NCBI GenBank assembly: GCA_963815205.1
Contig: CAWFFP010000003.1
Location: 123,984 to 187,983, forward strand
Reading direction: 5' to 3'
Length of the DNA stretch: 64,000 nt
Origin: an uncultured Verrucomicrobiae bacterium
Lineage (GTDB): Bacteria; Verrucomicrobiota; Verrucomicrobiia; Verrucomicrobiales; Akkermansiaceae
Shown: in pieces, positions 63,627-64,000 of the stretch
How the letters are laid out: every line of letters begins with the position of its first letter
How positions within the stretch are numbered: position 1 is the first letter of the stretch
The notes under the pieces: model-generated
What the model saw: the letters and a program-made list of their open reading frames with translations, nothing else
The model's database searches: none
What the model was told of the DNA's origin: nothing
Translations under genes and position numbers: made by a program

Positions 63627-64000
63627 CCGATCCATCCGCCGAGCAGGATCCGCGTGGCACACGTCTTTCGGTGCGCCATCGGACTGCCTTCTCTTATTCA
63701 ACATCTGCACTGAACAACGCAAACATGGTTCATCTCGAACCGCGTGATTTTCAATATCAGCACAAGATTTCATCAATCATCCGGGTAATTCCAGCGACTC
63801 GGGTTCTACGCTTTATCGATCTTTATGGAAATCCGACTCATTACTTCGAGCTCACCTCACCTCATCATCGGCTCGAGATCGAATCGTTCGTAAAAGTCCG
63901 TAATCTGCCGCTGAACATCTCTGCCGATGCCTATTCGGGATCGATGGAAATTTATTCTCAGCCAGAGGTAAAAGAACATTGCTGGCCCTTCCTTCAAGAT
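63623..64000 (+). CDS. transglutaminase-family protein, N-terminal part only (runs off the window)
   Basis: Hand-translated as MTDPSAEQDPRGTRLSVRHRTAFSYSTSALNNANMVHLEPRDFQYQHKI...DLYGNPTHYFEL. This fits the Bact_transglu_N pattern. The start overlaps the alpha-E stop (ATGA). Confidence 0.7.
   Translation, partial: MTDPSAEQDPRGTRLSVRHRTAFSYSTSALNNANMVHLEPRDFQYQHKISSIIRVIPATRVLRFIDLYGNPTHYFELTSPHHRLEIESFVKVRNLPLNISADAYSGSMEIYSQPEVKEHCWPFLQD

Overview
A 64-kb bacterial chromosomal segment. By eye the 16S looks Verrucomicrobiota/Opitutae-like, but I could not search it. The flanks are mostly housekeeping genes: pdxH, nth, carA, purA, uppS, trpG/pabA, rsmE, panD, mtnP, comM, def, trxA, hemB, acpS, pdxJ, rplI, lipB and ruvC. 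There is also a KpsD/M/T/E-type capsule export cluster and a complete minus-strand rRNA operon (16S, tRNA-Ala, tRNA-Ile, 23S, 5S). The main accessory element is a type I-E CRISPR-Cas locus at about 29.25-40.0 kb. It has a 32-repeat array and the gene order cas3, cas8e, cas11, cas6e, cas7e, cas5e, cas1, cas2. It is visibly more GC-rich than its flanks and lies between an intact comM and a diverged duplicate of the comM 3' end. The most interesting signal is a two-repeat degenerate mini-CRISPR on the opposite strand in the cas3-cas8e intergenic region. Its 21-nt pseudo-spacer has an AAG-flanked seed match 84 bp away, in the divergent promoter region. That is the architecture of a CreR/CreA-type Cascade-guided regulator. 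As assembled, cas3 carries about five frameshifts and cas7e and cas6e one each. Five other accessory genes in the window also carry single-base frameshifts, so assembly indels must be excluded. One spacer is 68 nt long because a 9-nt unit has expanded inside it. All calls come from manual reading of the sequence and the ORF track; no searches were run.
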